NCBI GenBank assembly: GCA_013265495.1 | Contig: MU058781.1 | Span: 9,653,009-9,717,008, forward strand | Direction of reading: 5' to 3' | Source: Vicugna vicugna | Taxonomy: Eukaryota | DNA: 64,000 nucleotides | Part shown: piece by piece, positions 1 through 13,480 of the stretch | Layout: every line of letters starts with the position of its first letter | Numbering within the stretch: position 1 is the stretch's first letter | Translations under genes and position numbers: made by a program | Notes under the pieces: generated by a model | What the model saw: only the letters and a program-made list of their open reading frames with translations | What the model was told of the DNA's origin: nothing | The model's database searches: none

Positions 1-2469
1 TTTAATTGCTATATTGCTACCTTTTATCATTCATTGACATTTAGGTATAAATCATAGTATACCTATATGCAAAAGATATTATCTTTTTCTCTTCTTCCTC
101 CTCCTCCTCTTCTTCCTCATCTTCTCTGTCTTCTGCTTGTTCAGTCTTACCTATAGTATTGATACAAGAATATACCTGTCCGCCTTGTGTCTGAATATTT
201 TCTGCACGTCTTCTACTCAGTGCTATGATGACATAGGATTATTTCCTGAAGAAGTGGTTGATGTATGTTACGTATACTACTGGTTAGGGACAGTGTTAAT
301 AATAACAGTAGGCCATCTGTTCTTAGACAGTAGGAAATGTAAATATGGATTCTGTTGAGTTAGGACTTGAGTTGGAGAGTGGCAGACATTTGTTTACGCT
401 CTTAAACTTTTTCCTGAATGTTAATTTTCATAATTTGTTTAAAGGCTATCTTCACATGGAATGCAAGAACCATGTTTGAGGAGTTGGATTCTAACCTGGC
501 CTTAGAGAGGGATTTAATTGATTCAGCTCCTCACGGTGTTACTTCTGTTCTGATAGCTTTCTACAAAGTCTAATGATTTCATTGGAAGAGAACAGTAATT
601 GATCCTACTTAAAATATCTAAGTTTCTATCACCAAAAAAGTTTTGAAGTTTGGCTGTCAGTATATTTTGGCTCAAGAAAACTCAAGAAATAGTGTACCAT
701 TTGGAATTAAGTGGTATGTCAGTTAACTATTGACGAAAAGTCTTATTTCTTGGGTACACCAATTCTGAAAACATAAATGCATCTTACGTGATATTTAGAG
801 TAAAGCTATTTGAATAGGATTTTTAGGATGAGAAACGAGGCTGCAGCTATAGTAGCAGGGTAACCACTCTGTGTAGAGTGTTGGTAGTTGCATAGTCTGT
901 TATAATACTTAGATTTTTATCATACCAAGTTTCACATTCAAGAGAGAAAAATAGCTTGCTTTATTTAACCCAGAAGAATTACCTTAAGCTAGTAGGTAAT
1001 TAACATCTAAACACTGTGATGATGGTCAGAGCTCGGGACGAAGGTATATAGTCTTGAAAATACTGCTGTTGCTTCTTTGAGCACCATCTGGCAGAAGGAC
1101 ATGTGGTACAGACGACAAGAATCCTGGAGACAAATTTAATTCAGTTAGATGACTTACAGAAGAATAGAATTATTCAGGTACAATGTAAATGTGGAAAGTC
1201 TGTATCAATGTAGCTTTTAATTTCTTTGATTAAAGCAGTCAGTACAATATAGGACTCTCAAACTTCGTGTAAACAAGTTCCTGTACTACATGTCACCTTA
1301 TGCCACAATATTTGTAGGATGATGTTGATGAATGACATGATTGCTTTTTTTCTAAATTGTTGGTAATAAATGACAGTGATTTATCACTTTACTTTTAAGT
1401 GGGCTGAAATGATGGTAAGGAACTAACCTATTCGATAGAACAGTGGACCTCTCTGTTCTCCCAGAAGCTATGTCTAAATATTAACAATGGAGAGTGAAGA
1501 TGAGGAAGGAAACTGGTCTAAGGATTATTCTGGGAGTGTTCCTTACAGTCAGAACTGAATGGAGGACTCCTTCTCATGCCTGCCTCTCTATCTCTTTGTC
1601 AGCAGCACTGGATCTTGTATCTGGATCTTGATCAGGTTACTACTCCTGGTGTCTACATTTTCATTTACCTTGGCTGCCATTTAATTAAAAAAAAAACCAA
1701 GACAAATGGTTAAGGTGAGGGTAGGAATGCAGCTGAGAGTCTCTATTAGAGTTTGAGTCTGTCATATCACCTGTGATGTCTGTGATGGGGTAAGTTAATA
1801 ATTTTATCAAGCCACATTGCCAATTCTTTCCTATTTTTTGTACCTTTTTATAATTTTTTGAAATAGTAAAATTAACGAAAACTCTGAGATCCCATTTCTA
1901 GAAGTAGGTCTCTTTCAAATTGTGTTCTAAATAATCTTAAGTACAAAGATGCCTCTGAAAGGATGGAAGAGACTAGGAACATAACATCTCTCTGAGCTTC
2001 TCAGAAAGAAAAGACTTCATCCAGGTCTCTTATATATTGGACTTCTATAAAATTCCTTTTAGAAAAACTGCTAAATCCAGTTTGAAAACCGTTAGTCTAG
2101 GCCACCATAAATTCTGAAACGTCTTCCTTCCTCCAGTAGCCCAGCATGGACAGTTGTTGTTTTCTGCACTGTACAACACATTTGCAAAAAGCACTTTGAC
2201 GTGAATCATAGCTGGAGCTACTTTTCTCAGACCTTCATGCTTTCCCTAGTGTCATAAATGTTTCTGCTACAGGGTAGGTGGGTGGTTAAATTGATGGGTG
2301 GACACATAAGGATAGGAAGAAAGGATGGAAGGAAGGGCACACAGTTACTTCCATTTGTCTATTCCTTTATGTATATGCATATATTTTTATATTATTTAAT
2401 TATATTTCTTACCACTTAGGGCAGGAAATGCATCTTGCCCACATTTCATTATCTCATATGCAGTTGCAA

Positions 2470-2880
2470 TCATAATGAACTCACCAGTCACTCCCCTGTG
2501 TACCTATGACTCAGGCACCATTCTAGAAGTGAGGATATAGCATTAAGAAAACATAAAAATATGTGACCTCATGGAGCATCTTTCTAGTTGTAGGAAAAAC
2601 AGTAAACATAGAAGTGAAATATGCAGTGGGTCAGTTAATGAAAAGTGCTGTGCAGAAATAAAGAACAGCAAAAGGAAAGAGGTGACTGTTTAATACCCAG
2701 TGGTTCACTGACATACACACAAGACCTGAGGGAGGGGACTTGGTAGCTCTGTCGGTTAGAAACGTCTAGGTGGAGGGAGCAATAAACGCGAAGTCTTTCT
2801 GTAAGAGCTTTTTTGGTATATTCCAGGAGAAGCAAGAAGAACATGGAGCTAATTGCTATGAGGCCAGGGATGTGGGGAGG
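2470..2880 (-). mobile_element. L2 LINE remnant
   Basis: Antisense L2 3'-end pattern 'acctatgactcaggcaccattctagaagtgaggatatagca...acctcatggagcatctttctagttg'; heavily diverged. Confidence 0.55.
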
Positions 2881-2959
2881 GACTCTGCCTTCATTCTCTT
2901 TAAGTAAAATGGGTGGTGTTGACTACAGACTTCCTGTTTCTTTTCTGTTTTCTTTTTTC

Positions 2960-3086
2960 TTTTTTGTGCAAATGTAGCCATGAATAATACATAAATGAAT
3001 GGCCATGGCTGTTTTCCAGTGAATTTTATTTAAAAAGACAGATGGCAGCTGGATTTGGCTTACTTGTGAGTTTTGCCAATCACTGG
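2960..3086 (+). mobile_element. MER58A-like hAT-Charlie MITE (partial)
   Basis: 'gtagccatgaataatacataaatgaatggccatggctgttttccagtgaattttattt...gatttggc...ttttgccaatcactg' matches the 3' half of MER58A and the fuller copy at 57021. Confidence 0.65.
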
Positions 3087-3457
3087 ATTAGACCATTTGC
3101 CTAGTGGTTTTGAATTGCGTCTGTGAGCTGGTAATGATTGTGTATCACTTATCAGCTGTAACACACCCAGGACAGGCTATCATCAACTGATAATTTTTGT
3201 GCACATCCCCATCTATATAATTCATTGGTTATCACTTCAAAGCCATAGATATAATTTAGTAAGTGTTTACTGATGATTTAAGAAGATGTGTTTACTGAAA
3301 GTTAGAAGAACATAGGTTTTCTGTATTAGTGTTTTTATATCAGTCTAAGGAATTGGCTATCTGGGACTGTTCTGTAGTAATTCATTGTAGTGATTATTCT
3401 GAGCCCTATTTGTGCTGAGAGCTTTCTTTCCTATTCACTCTTCTCATTGGTTTAGCC

Positions 3458-3752
3458 CAGTTCTGTCCAAGAGAAATGTAACGTGGACCTCAAATGCAAG
3501 CCACGTCAAGAAGTTTAAAATTTCTAGTAGCCACATAAAAAATGTGAAGGGAAACAAGTAAATATTGTTTTATTTAAACCAATATATCAAAAGTGTTATA
3601 ATGTAATATGTAATCACTGTAAAATAATATATTTTTACATGATTTCATACAAAGTCTTTGAATCCCAGTATGTATTTTGCAATTTGGACAAGTCACATGG
3701 GAAACACTCCATGGCCACATGTAGCTAGTGGCTGCCGTATTGGACAGTGCAG
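3458..3752. mobile_element. MER33 hAT-Charlie DNA transposon, near full length
   Basis: Termini 'cagttctgtccaa' and 'tattggacagtgcag'; internal 'aaatttctagtagccacat' and 'gccacatgtagctagtggct' motifs. Confidence 0.8.
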
Positions 3753-5169
3753 AACTGTAGGTATTGGAGAAGGTTAAGAACTCAACCTTCTTTGATGTTA
3801 AATGTCATTATGTAAAAGCCCTAACAACACTGAAAACCTTATTATAATCATTAAGCTAGCCTATGAAAGGAGTTTACTTTTTCCTTGAAAGATTATAAAT
3901 ATGGACCACTTTAGAAATGGTGTGATCTAAGTCCTTATTGCTGTCCTTGGGTTAATCAGCAATGAGTAACAGCAAAGTATGACATAAGGGGGACTTCTGA
4001 TATTCAATGTATTTCTCCTTTCCTAAATCTTATTTTTTCCATTTAAATTTCTCATATGCTTATGGATAAATGGCTGTAAACATAAAAATAGCAAAAGTCA
4101 ACTCTTGGCTACCTCCCTATCCCCACCTCCATCCCTCAGCTCAACAACTAATTCCCACATGATTTGGTAATTCTTTAGAACTGCATGGATTGTACCTTTC
4201 CCTCTTTGATGGGAATCTTCTATGTCCTTTGTCAGTTGTTTCAAAGTGAAACAGAACTCAGAGGTGGAGGGTGGTGATGGCCTAACCTATGTGTACAGTT
4301 TATTAGTAGTCGTTCTGCCCAACTGAAATATGTGCACAACTGAAATATTTGCAGTTACTTATCTGTAACTGCTGCCCCCTCCCCATGACACATTTATCTG
4401 GAATTTGGATAAGTAGCAAAGATGAAATCTAAACTGCAGAAACACCTAAATCGTTAAAAATTTTTTAATGAACATATGAAAACGTAGGAGTTGGGAGTTG
4501 GGGGAAACAGCAGAAAGCCTATTAATACAAACCTACAGAGCTGTTAGACTGACAATTCTGAGACAGAGAGAAGCTTGCAGCCCCATGGCAGGCTCCTCCT
4601 GTGGCTTTCGACACCAGGAAAAGCAGCCTTCCTCTCCTTGCAGAGGCCGCCATTTTGGCTTTATCCCTGTGAGGATTCCCACGCCGTAGTGGGAGTGCCC
4701 AGTGGTGTGCACAAGGTCCTCACAGAGAGAACTGGGCTTGGGATCTGGTGAGAGACATGCTGATAAGGAAGGGCTAGGAAAGTTTGAGTTATCCAGGCTT
4801 TCTGAAACCACAGTTGATACTATAGGGAGGTATGGCCCGGGTGTCTTGCTTCGGTTATTTTCAGGCACAACCAGGCAATTGAAATAGTAACTGTCAGTTA
4901 TAAAAGGGCCCTTCCTTGTCCGTGTCCTTGTGGATTTGTAGATACACTCTTCGACATTAAATTTTACCTTAAGCCAAATAATTTCAGTTTTTTAAAGGAA
5001 GGAGCTTGGCAGATACTGAGATGGATGGGGCCACCTGCTGCTTGGAATTTTTTTGAAATAGAACATTTTTGAATCTAGGGGGAAAGCGGAAGAAAAAATA
5101 GTATTTATATTCTGACTGGTTCTTAGATATCACCTCCTCTGGCCAGGCACAATTTTAAAATGCTTTCTG

Positions 5170-5355
5170 TCAAACTCATTCTCACAACCACCATGTGAGG
5201 TAGGTATTGCTTTTTTCCCCATTGTAGAGTGGAGGAAGCTGATTCCAAAAAGGCTTCATAACTTGCCCAGGGTCACACAGCTTGTAGCTGGTGAAGCTGG
5301 GTTTTGAGCCCACGCCACCTGACTTCCCAGTTCCTGTTCTTAATCACCACACTAA
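5170..5355 (-). mobile_element. MIR SINE
   Basis: 'ctcacaaccaccatgtgaggtagg...cccattgtagagtggaggaagctga...aacttgcccagggtcacacagct...gggttttgagccca' is the antisense MIR core. Confidence 0.85.
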
Positions 5356-5686
5356 GTAAATATCCATATGCATGATGAATGGATCCCTGAGAAATATTTT
5401 ACAAATTAACTCATATTAAATGCTTTGAGTTTGAAATGTAATGCAGTCATCCACTGAAGCCTTGTGAAAATGACATACATTGGGGGCAGTCTTACATTAG
5501 CAGGTTTTAAATATAAATTAAAAAAAATCAGGCTAAATAGTACCTAAAATAGAGGTCATCTATAGAAAAAGAAAAGACTTTGAGCTGTTCAAGAAATATG
5601 TACTAAATAAATAATTAAAGGAATAGAATATTGTAAGGCAGGATAGTTGGTCTAATGTAGAGTTTCTAGGTAAAAAATAGAATCTT

Positions 5687-5744
5687 TTAAAAATATCTTT
5701 TATTGAAGTACGATCAGTTACAATATATCAATTTCTGGTGTACA
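5687..5744 (-). mobile_element. Very short 5'-truncated L1 3' terminus with candidate TSD
   Basis: 'ttttattgaagtacgatcagttacaatatatcaatttctggtgtac' is the L1 3' end; flanked by aaaaaatagaatctt (5672-5686) and aaaaaactgaatctt (5745-5759). Confidence 0.65.
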
Positions 5745-5950
5745 AAAAAACTGAATCTTGACCTGTCTTGCTTTTAGCTGTTTAAGCCATTCTGATACTT
5801 CCTATAGACACACCCATGCGATAGATGAGACATTCAGGCAGGAAGACTTGCAGAAATCACCTAGGATGTCCTTTGTTCCTGTGTTCTCTGACCCAGCTCC
5901 TAAGTTACAACTTTGCAGTCCCAGTATTGATACTACCTTGACCCTCTAGG

Positions 5951-5989
5951 CTCTCTTTCTTTCTTTCTTTTTTTTTTTTTTTTTTTTTT
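5951..5989. repeat. (TTTC)n / poly-T tract
   Basis: Directly visible. Confidence 0.9.
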
Positions 5990-7519
5990 GGCAGTTAGTC
6001 TTTCCAGTGTTTGAAACTCAGTTTTCCCTAAATAGCTCCTGACTTTGATCAGCTCTTAGACCCTTACAATCACTGTCTGGGTAGGAACCTTTAGTGTGGG
6101 TCCTGCCCCCGTGAAACACAGCAACCCCATCTGCCTTCATGGACGATTTTTTGAAACCAAATGTGCTAGTGTAGTGTCTTACTCAGAATTCCTTTTTCTT
6201 AGAGATCTCTCTGGAGATTTGTTCGGGCTAATGGCTCCCCACCCACTTGACATTTTGCCCATTACATGTTTCTTCCAAGGAACAAAAATATAACTCTCCC
6301 TTTCTGACAGCATGGGAGACATTCTCTTGCTGTTGCTCTCCAGGAAAAATCTCATAATCTAACTAGACGAACCCTTGCTGAAAAATTAAACCAAATGGCA
6401 TTTGCAAACTCCAAGGAAAGCATATTTCTTCTATGAAGTATTTCCTAGCAGTAAGTGTTAGGAACTTTACATTTAGTGATACCCGTTAGGCTCATGGAAA
6501 AAATGAAAAGCTATAAACAGCTGGATATACTGTCAGAAATGAACCCTGTCAACCTAATTTTTTCCCTAGCTCTGTTGTGCTGAGAAACGTAGAGTATTTT
6601 TAATTCACATTTATGAGATGAATGAGAAAACTGAATGGATGAAATTTAGTTGCTGAAAGAAACACTAGGTAGCTAGGTAGCTCTTTTTTGCTTACGTGGT
6701 AAGTTTAAAGGAAGGAAATAATATTAGAAAATTTATGTTGGGATCATGTGCCTGTATCCTCTTTCTCACATTAAAAATTCAGTGCACATTTAATTTATCT
6801 GTATGCCTGATAATCATTGGTGGTGGTTTTGTTTCATTTTTGTTTGTTTGTTTGACACATGGTCTAAACTCATTAGGCAATGAAATAACCAATCTTGAGA
6901 AATCTCTTTTGGGTTACCAGGGCATCATAAAAACCTAGAGATCTGTGGTGTTTGTTTTCAGTGTCAGACCAAATAAAAATGTTAGATTTGGGGGAAGGCA
7001 ATTTATGCCACATAAATGTGCTTTTTAAAATAAGGTTCTTTTATTTACTATTTAGCACTCCACTGTCTAATGCATTATAATCTTCTCAGCCGCTTTCTAT
7101 GATGAGAAACTCCTAGTGAAGGAATAAACAGCCAATGACTCATTTAACGTTTGTAGGCTCTAGGTACACACAATTGCATCATCAAATGTTTGAAACAAAA
7201 ATGGGATGGAGTGAATGTGTTCTGATCTATGGCTAATATGAAATGTAACTAATGTCATTGTCTGATATGCCTTCTTTTAAGAATTAGATTAGTGGCATGT
7301 CTGAAATTGGACCTTAAATCTAATGTATTGTACAGAAATAAATTTTTGTCTTGAAAAAGCAATTACTACTTGCTTTAGAGTTACTTGCTTGTCTTATGTG
7401 TGCTATATATTACCCCAGTTTAAGTGATATTTATCTATGCAGCTTATAATCTGTCATGACTTTCTGTGGTACAGTGAAAACTTTAAAGCTAATTGTACCT
7501 GCAAGTTTATATCTGACAT

Positions 7520-7675
7520 TTTAGCTACATGTCTTTGGGTAAGTAACTTAATTTCTGTCAACCCTCAATTTTGACAAGTATAAAATGAAGTGTTATATCA
7601 TTTGAACTGCTTTTATAGATAGAAATAATGCAAATAAAATACCTTACACAGTGCCTTGGATACAGTGATTATCCA
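7520..7675 (+). mobile_element. MIR SINE
   Basis: 'ttagctacatgtctttgggtaagtaacttaatttct...cctcaattt...tataaaatga...acacagtgccttgg'. Confidence 0.6.
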
Positions 7676-7689
7676 CAACTACCATGTTG

Positions 7690-9045
7690 TGGCCCAAATG
7701 GTTTCACTGGTGAATTCTGTCAAACAACTGAGGAAGCAGTAACACCACTGCTACTCAAAATCTTGCAGAAAAGAGAGGAAGTGAGAACACATTTTATGTA
7801 GCTATTGTAATCCTGATGAGAAACAACATTTTTTTAAAAAGTAGAGCTCTTAACAAAATACTGTGAAGTAAATATGCAGCAGTGCATAAAAATGATGACA
7901 TATCACAAACTAGTTGGGTTTATCACTGGAGTGCAAAGTTAAGCATTTGAAAATTAATCTACGTAATTCACCAAAGTTACAAAACAGAGGAGAAAAATCA
8001 TATGATGACATAAATAAATACAGAAAAATCATGTGACCAAATGGAACACCTATTTATGGTAAAAACTTGGGAAAAGTAGAAATGAGGGAACTTTTATTTG
8101 ATAAAGTGAATCTGTGGAAAATCTACAGCTAGGATCATACTTCATGGTAAAATGCTGAATGTTTTCACCCTAACATTGGTAACTAGACAAGGGTGTGCAC
8201 TCACCTTTTTTAGTTATTATTCTTTTGGAGGTCCTAGCTAGTATAACGGGACAAAAAGAAAAGAAATACAGATTGAAAAGGGAGCAGTACAACTCTCCGT
8301 ATTTATAGAAGACATGGTTGATTGCACAGAACCTTCACTTCTAGATGTTTTCCAAGGATAAAACATATGTCCACAAAAAGACATGTCCAAGAATTTTTCA
8401 TGGTAGCTCTATTTAGAATCACCATAAGGGGAAATAACCCAGCTGTTCGTGAGGAGGGGAGGGTTTCCTACGTGGAATACTCTTGGGCCTTAAGAAGAAC
8501 AAACTGATTGACGCAGCAATTTAGATGAATCCTGAAAACCTTTATGCTGTGTGAAAAACCTTGCACGAGAGGGTATCTCCTGTGTGGTTCCATTTATATG
8601 AAGTCCTTAAACAGGTGAAATTAATTTATGATGCAAAGAGAACAGAAGGGGTGGGGGCAGGAATTGATCAGGAAGAGGCATGAGGGGAATTTGGGGGCTG
8701 ATGGTGATGCTCTTTACCTTGGCGGAGGTTTGTGTTACACAGGTGCACACATTTGTCAAAGCTTATTAAATGGTACATTTAAATTTTATGTATCTCACTG
8801 TATGTTATCAGGTGCTATAAGGATTTTGAAGTCTGTCTCATACATGCTGAGTGAAACCATATTTAGAGGTAAAGAGTATTGACATTTGCAACTAACTTTG
8901 AATTAAAAACATAAGATAGATTGAGTAAAAGATAGAGGGATGGAAATCTGACTCTAGGTGTTAGGTGGAGCCAGTGTGGGTTTTGATTGTGTAACTCTCA
9001 ATTTTTCTGTATATATGAAAATTTCATAATAGAGTATTGGGGGAG
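7690..9045 (+). mobile_element. Old L1M fragments: ORF2 region (about 7690-8320) plus 3' end
   Basis: 'ggcccaaatggtttcactggtgaattct' (GPDGFTGEF motif), 'gaggtcctagcta', 'gaagacatg'; then 'catatgtccacaaaaagaca' and 'ttccatttatatgaagt' typical of L1ME/MC 3' ends. Frame disrupted. Confidence 0.85.
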
Positions 9046-9664
9046 AAGGCAGGTTTTCTGTTTCAGCGTCCAAAGTTAGAAAAGATCTTAAGTTACAGGC
9101 TAAGGCACTGAAATCTAATTCCTCAAAATCCAGAGTTGTTAAACGATAGAGTTGGTATTAAATTGCAGGGGCCTCTAATCCTGCAATCGGTATTCTTCTG
9201 GTCTCACTGCACCACTTTCCAAGTCCAAACGCCCAGAGCCCATCCGTTAAAATGAGAGTAGGCATGAAACCTGCTTTCCTCTGAAGCCCTGTGGCTACTC
9301 TTAAGTCTTTAATCAACTGACCTTTTTTAAAAAAAGATATTCTTGAGAGAAATGATGGCAGTAGTAGTCAGGTTATTGAACACACCTTAACTAAATACCC
9401 ATCTAAATATAAGTATTCAGATGTAATCAGTTATAAAATAAGTCTTCTTTCTCAAAGAATTACTTTTCCTCCTGCGCTTTTACATTGGGAATTTTAGATA
9501 CAGAAATAAAATTCCAAGTATCTTAGAATTATAAAACCAAGCCTGTATGTATTTTTTCCCTAATTCAAGCCAAAATTCAGTGGAGTCTTGGAGGTGATAA
9601 GTCAGTCTTCTGTTCAGAGGACGGCCTCTGGCAGGCTTGCTTAGAGCAGCCTGTGGCCATGGAA

Positions 9665-9960
9665 ACAGTGCAGAGCTGGGTGTGCAGTGACTGGGACTCT
9701 AATCCCAGGTCTGACCTTAATGAGTCCTGTGACTTTGTATAACTCCCCTAACCTTTCTCAGGGCCATCCTTTGATCTTGCTCTCCTTATTAGTGTGAGGA
9801 TAAAAATAAAGCAAATTGCAGAGTTGAAAGAGTTGAAAGATACTCAAACCCAACCTCCTTGTTTTATTGGTGAGAAAATTGAAGCCTACTGATTTGTTCA
9901 GGGTAACAGAGCTTTGATAGAAGCAAAGCCCATGCCTTAAAACAGTCTTTTCCTGACTTA
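9665..9960. mobile_element. Two oppositely oriented MIR fragments
   Basis: 'ctgggactctaatcccagg...tgtgacttt...aacctttctc' (+) and 'ccaacctccttgttttattggtgagaaaattgaagcc...ttgttcagggtaacagagct' (-). Confidence 0.55.
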
Positions 9961-10611
9961 CAGGTTTGTGTAATTGCCCCATCATAATTACCTCCATTCA
10001 ATCGCTATGAAAGCACTCCAAGATAAATGTACCATAGGAATGCAGAGTGTTGGTGGTAGTGATATTTCTTAAGATAGACGTAAATATTGTGTGCATAGTT
10101 TTTCTTAGAGAATAAAAAAGTCTTGTGGATTTTAACATATATACTAAGATTTTATGTTAAATTTGTGACTAGAAAGCCATATGTAGATAATAGTTTATCT
10201 GTAGGGAAGTGGTCCCTTTGGTGAAATTCATCATTTTTGTTTAATACCCTGATCAGTATGCTGGACCTTTTTCTAGATTATTCTTAAGTGTAATAGTCAA
10301 TATATGTAATACGTTAAAAGATTCACTATTTCAATTGTAGATATTCCACTGGGACATGGTTGATAAAAAGGATATAAAAACACTGTACAGTATTGCATTT
10401 TGAAATAATAGGATTTAGGCAACACTCTAACTAAATATAATGGCATCTTTTCAAATACATTATTTTTTTATCCTTAAAAAGCCAAAAACCGTTTTGAGGT
10501 AAAAGAGGCTAAATGAAATTTCTTGAAGGCAGGTGTGTATTGGCAGCTTTTTTAATTTGGGGTTATGTTTGTGTTTCGTAGCCTTAATGCAGAAGCATTA
10601 TATATATTTTA

Positions 10612-13480
10612 TATATCGATTGAGGTATAATTGAAGTACAGTGAACTTCATTCACATATTTAATTATAGTTTGGTCTAATTTGATACCTTCATACACCGG
10701 TGAAACCATCACTACAATCAAGATGAAGAAAATTTCCGTCAATCTCTTGCTCAGAGCTTCTTTGCAATCTCTCCCTCTTTTCATCCCTGGGCAACCAATG
10801 ACTTGCCTTTTTTCCCACATAAGTTAGTTTACATCCCCTAGAATTTTATGTAATAGAATTGTATATAAGAATTTTCTTCCTTTTTTCTTTTTGCTTAGTA
10901 TTCCATTATGTGGGTGGCTTGTCCATCTGTGCGTTGGACATTTGGCTTATTTTCAGTTAGTGTCTGTTTACAAACAAAATGGCCACATCTTTGTGTGAAT
11001 ATGTATCTTCCTTTCTCGTGGGTAAAAACCTATAACTGGAATGGCTAGGTTACATATGTGTATGCCTAACATTTATGAAGCTCTCAAAGTGGTAATACCA
11101 TTTTGGATTTCCACCATTAGTGAATGAGAGTTCATGTTGTTCAAAATACTTGTCAGTGCTTGGTATGGTCAGTCTTCTAATTTTAGCCAATCTGATAGAT
11201 GTGTATTGTAACCTCATTGTGTATTTAATTTACTTTCCTCTGGCGACTGATTTGTTTACATCTTTTCATGCACTTTTGGTTGATGGCATATCTTCTGCGA
11301 AGTGTCTGTCTAAATCTTTTGTCTATTTTTTTAAACTGGGTTATTTCTTACTGAATTTGCAAGAGTTCTTTCTGTATTTAGAATACAAGTTCTTCATCTG
11401 TTGGATGATGAGATTGTGTTGAGAAAATTTCCTTCCTGAATGTGGCTTGCCTTTTCATTTTTAAAGTGGTGTCTTTCTAAGAACGAAAGTTTTAATTTTT
11501 GATGAAGTCTGATTTACCAATTTTAGCTTTAATATTTTGTATTTTTTGCTTTCATTCTGTCTACGGAAACTACCATAAGATTACAAATATTTTCTCATGT
11601 TTTCTTTTTGGAGTTCTATAGTTTAAGGTTGTACATTTTGGTCTATGATTTGAGTCAGTTTTTGTGTTGAGTGTGAGGTAAGAATTTTGATTTCCAGTTG
11701 ATCCAGCATCATTTGAAGAAAAGATCTTCTTCTCACCATTGAATTGCCTTGACATGGTAATCAAAAATCAGCTAACCATGTTATATGTGCATCTAATTCT
11801 GTACAGTCTGTTTTGTTCTGTAGATCTATATCTGTCTTTCTTCCAGTAACCTACATCCTTCATTATGTAGCTTTATAGTGTATCTTTAAATTATGAAAGC
11901 AAATTCTCCATCTTTTAGCTAAGTTCTTTGTATTTCCAAATTAACTTTAGAATCATGTTCTCAGTTTCTACCAAAAGACAAAAAAAGCCTGGTTGATTTT
12001 GTTTGGAATTACATTGAATCTATATATCAGTCTGGGGAGAATTGCCATCCATGAATATGGTGCATCTCTTCATTTATTTATGTGTTATGTAATAAAGCAG
12101 TATTTCAGAGTTTGTAGTGTAAGGTATTGGATATCTTTTCCTGGGCTTATTCCTAGATGTTCTTGTTTTCCCACTCCTGTAAAAGGAATTGAAAAATTCT
12201 TTTCCATTTTTTGCCACTAATATATCATTATAGAACTAACTTTTAATAATAATCTTCACATGCACATTGTTAAATCAAGCCTCCATGGTTTCAGATGAAA
12301 ATCTTCAATATTTTAACCCATTTCCCTGTGTATAATTTTTATTAATTTTTTTTTCTTTCTCTTTTACTTCTGGTGGTCCCGTTACATATGTTAAATCTGT
12401 GGAAATTGTCCCATAGGTCTCCAAGGCTCTTTTCATGTATTTCCTTCTTTTTTTCACCCTGTTTTTCTGATTGGATAATTTCTGTTGATCTTTTTCGAAG
12501 TTCCTGATCCGTTCTTGCATTTCCATACTGCTATTGGGTTCCTTCAGTGAGTTTTTCATTTTAAACACTGTATTTTTCGCTTCCAAAAATTTCCTGATTT
12601 AAATTATTTTTCTCTGGGATTGTTATGTTTTCATTATTTCAAGAGTGTTTTCCTTTCCCCATGGAGCATAGTTAAAATAGCTGCTTAAAATGTCTTTGAT
12701 TTCATCACCTAGATTCTTTTCTTTTCCCCCCTGAGAAGAGACATGTTCTTGGTTCTGCATGGTTTCAGATTGTATTCTGGCTATTGTGAATATTCTGTTG
12801 GCTAGAGTCTGTTATAATACTCCTATTATAACCATCTGGAGAATGATACTTATTTTAGTAGGCAGTTAAGCCAGTCAGATTCAGACTGTAAGTTGTTTCT
12901 TACCTTTGTTGGGAGGTGGTTCCGGTCTTAATCTGGTTCTCTGAGCCTTGGCTGTGTTGGTTTGAGTTTTCCTGGTGCATGTGCACTCAGATTAGAGTGA
13001 GACTTGTATGGAAGGCTCACATCTCTCTGCGGCCATCGAAGCCTCTGATACTCTCATTTGAGTTGGTGTCATGCATGCTTAGCTCAGGAATTAAGGTGAT
13101 ATTTGCTGCATAGAATTCAGGGATCCCTTTCTTTCACTTTTTCATCTCTTAAGAGTCTCCCCGAACTTTCTGGCCTGCAAGAATCCTTATTTCTGATTTA
13201 TCTTGCCAGAAAAACAGGGTTTATCTACTCGTGCAACTGCCATTGCTCACCATGTTGCAACCGGGGATTTTACCCTTGGAGTCACACTGCATGAGAGAAA
13301 ACATAAAAGCGAAAACCAAATGAGAGCCATCACTAGGCAGGTCACTTTGCCAAGTTTTGACTCTTCCATAATCTGCCAGCTTTTGAGAGTTCCCAGGTGG
13401 TTGAGGTGTGTGTGTGTGTAAAATTTAAAGTTTTTAGTTGTAATCAGCATAAGGAATGGGTGATACTGGGCTTACCCAAT
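10612..13480 (-). mobile_element. Old L1M element (3' UTR, ORF2 3' part, ORF1 and 5' remnants)
   Basis: Starts 'ttgaggtataattga...gtgaaaccatcactacaatcaagat'; ORF2-type 'tttttgatgaagtc' and 'cattgaatctatatatca'; ORF 12305-12586 (MEAKNTVFKMKNSL...ERIRNFEK...) resembles the L1 ORF1p coiled coil. Confidence 0.85.

Noticed and set aside
1016..1085. Possible C/D-box snoRNA (GTGATGA near 1016)
   Set aside because: No properly placed CTGA D box or convincing terminal stem.
4320..4353. 17-bp direct repeat (caactgaaatatgtgca / caactgaaatatttgca)
   Set aside because: Two adjacent copies only, no spacers; ordinary slippage, not an array or CRISPR.
12305..12586. Coiled-coil-like 93-aa ORF
   Set aside because: Degenerate L1 ORF1p remnant, not a host gene.
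7690..13480. Oppositely oriented L1 fragments as a dsRNA-forming inverted repeat
   Set aside because: Old, highly diverged copies with little shared high-identity sequence.
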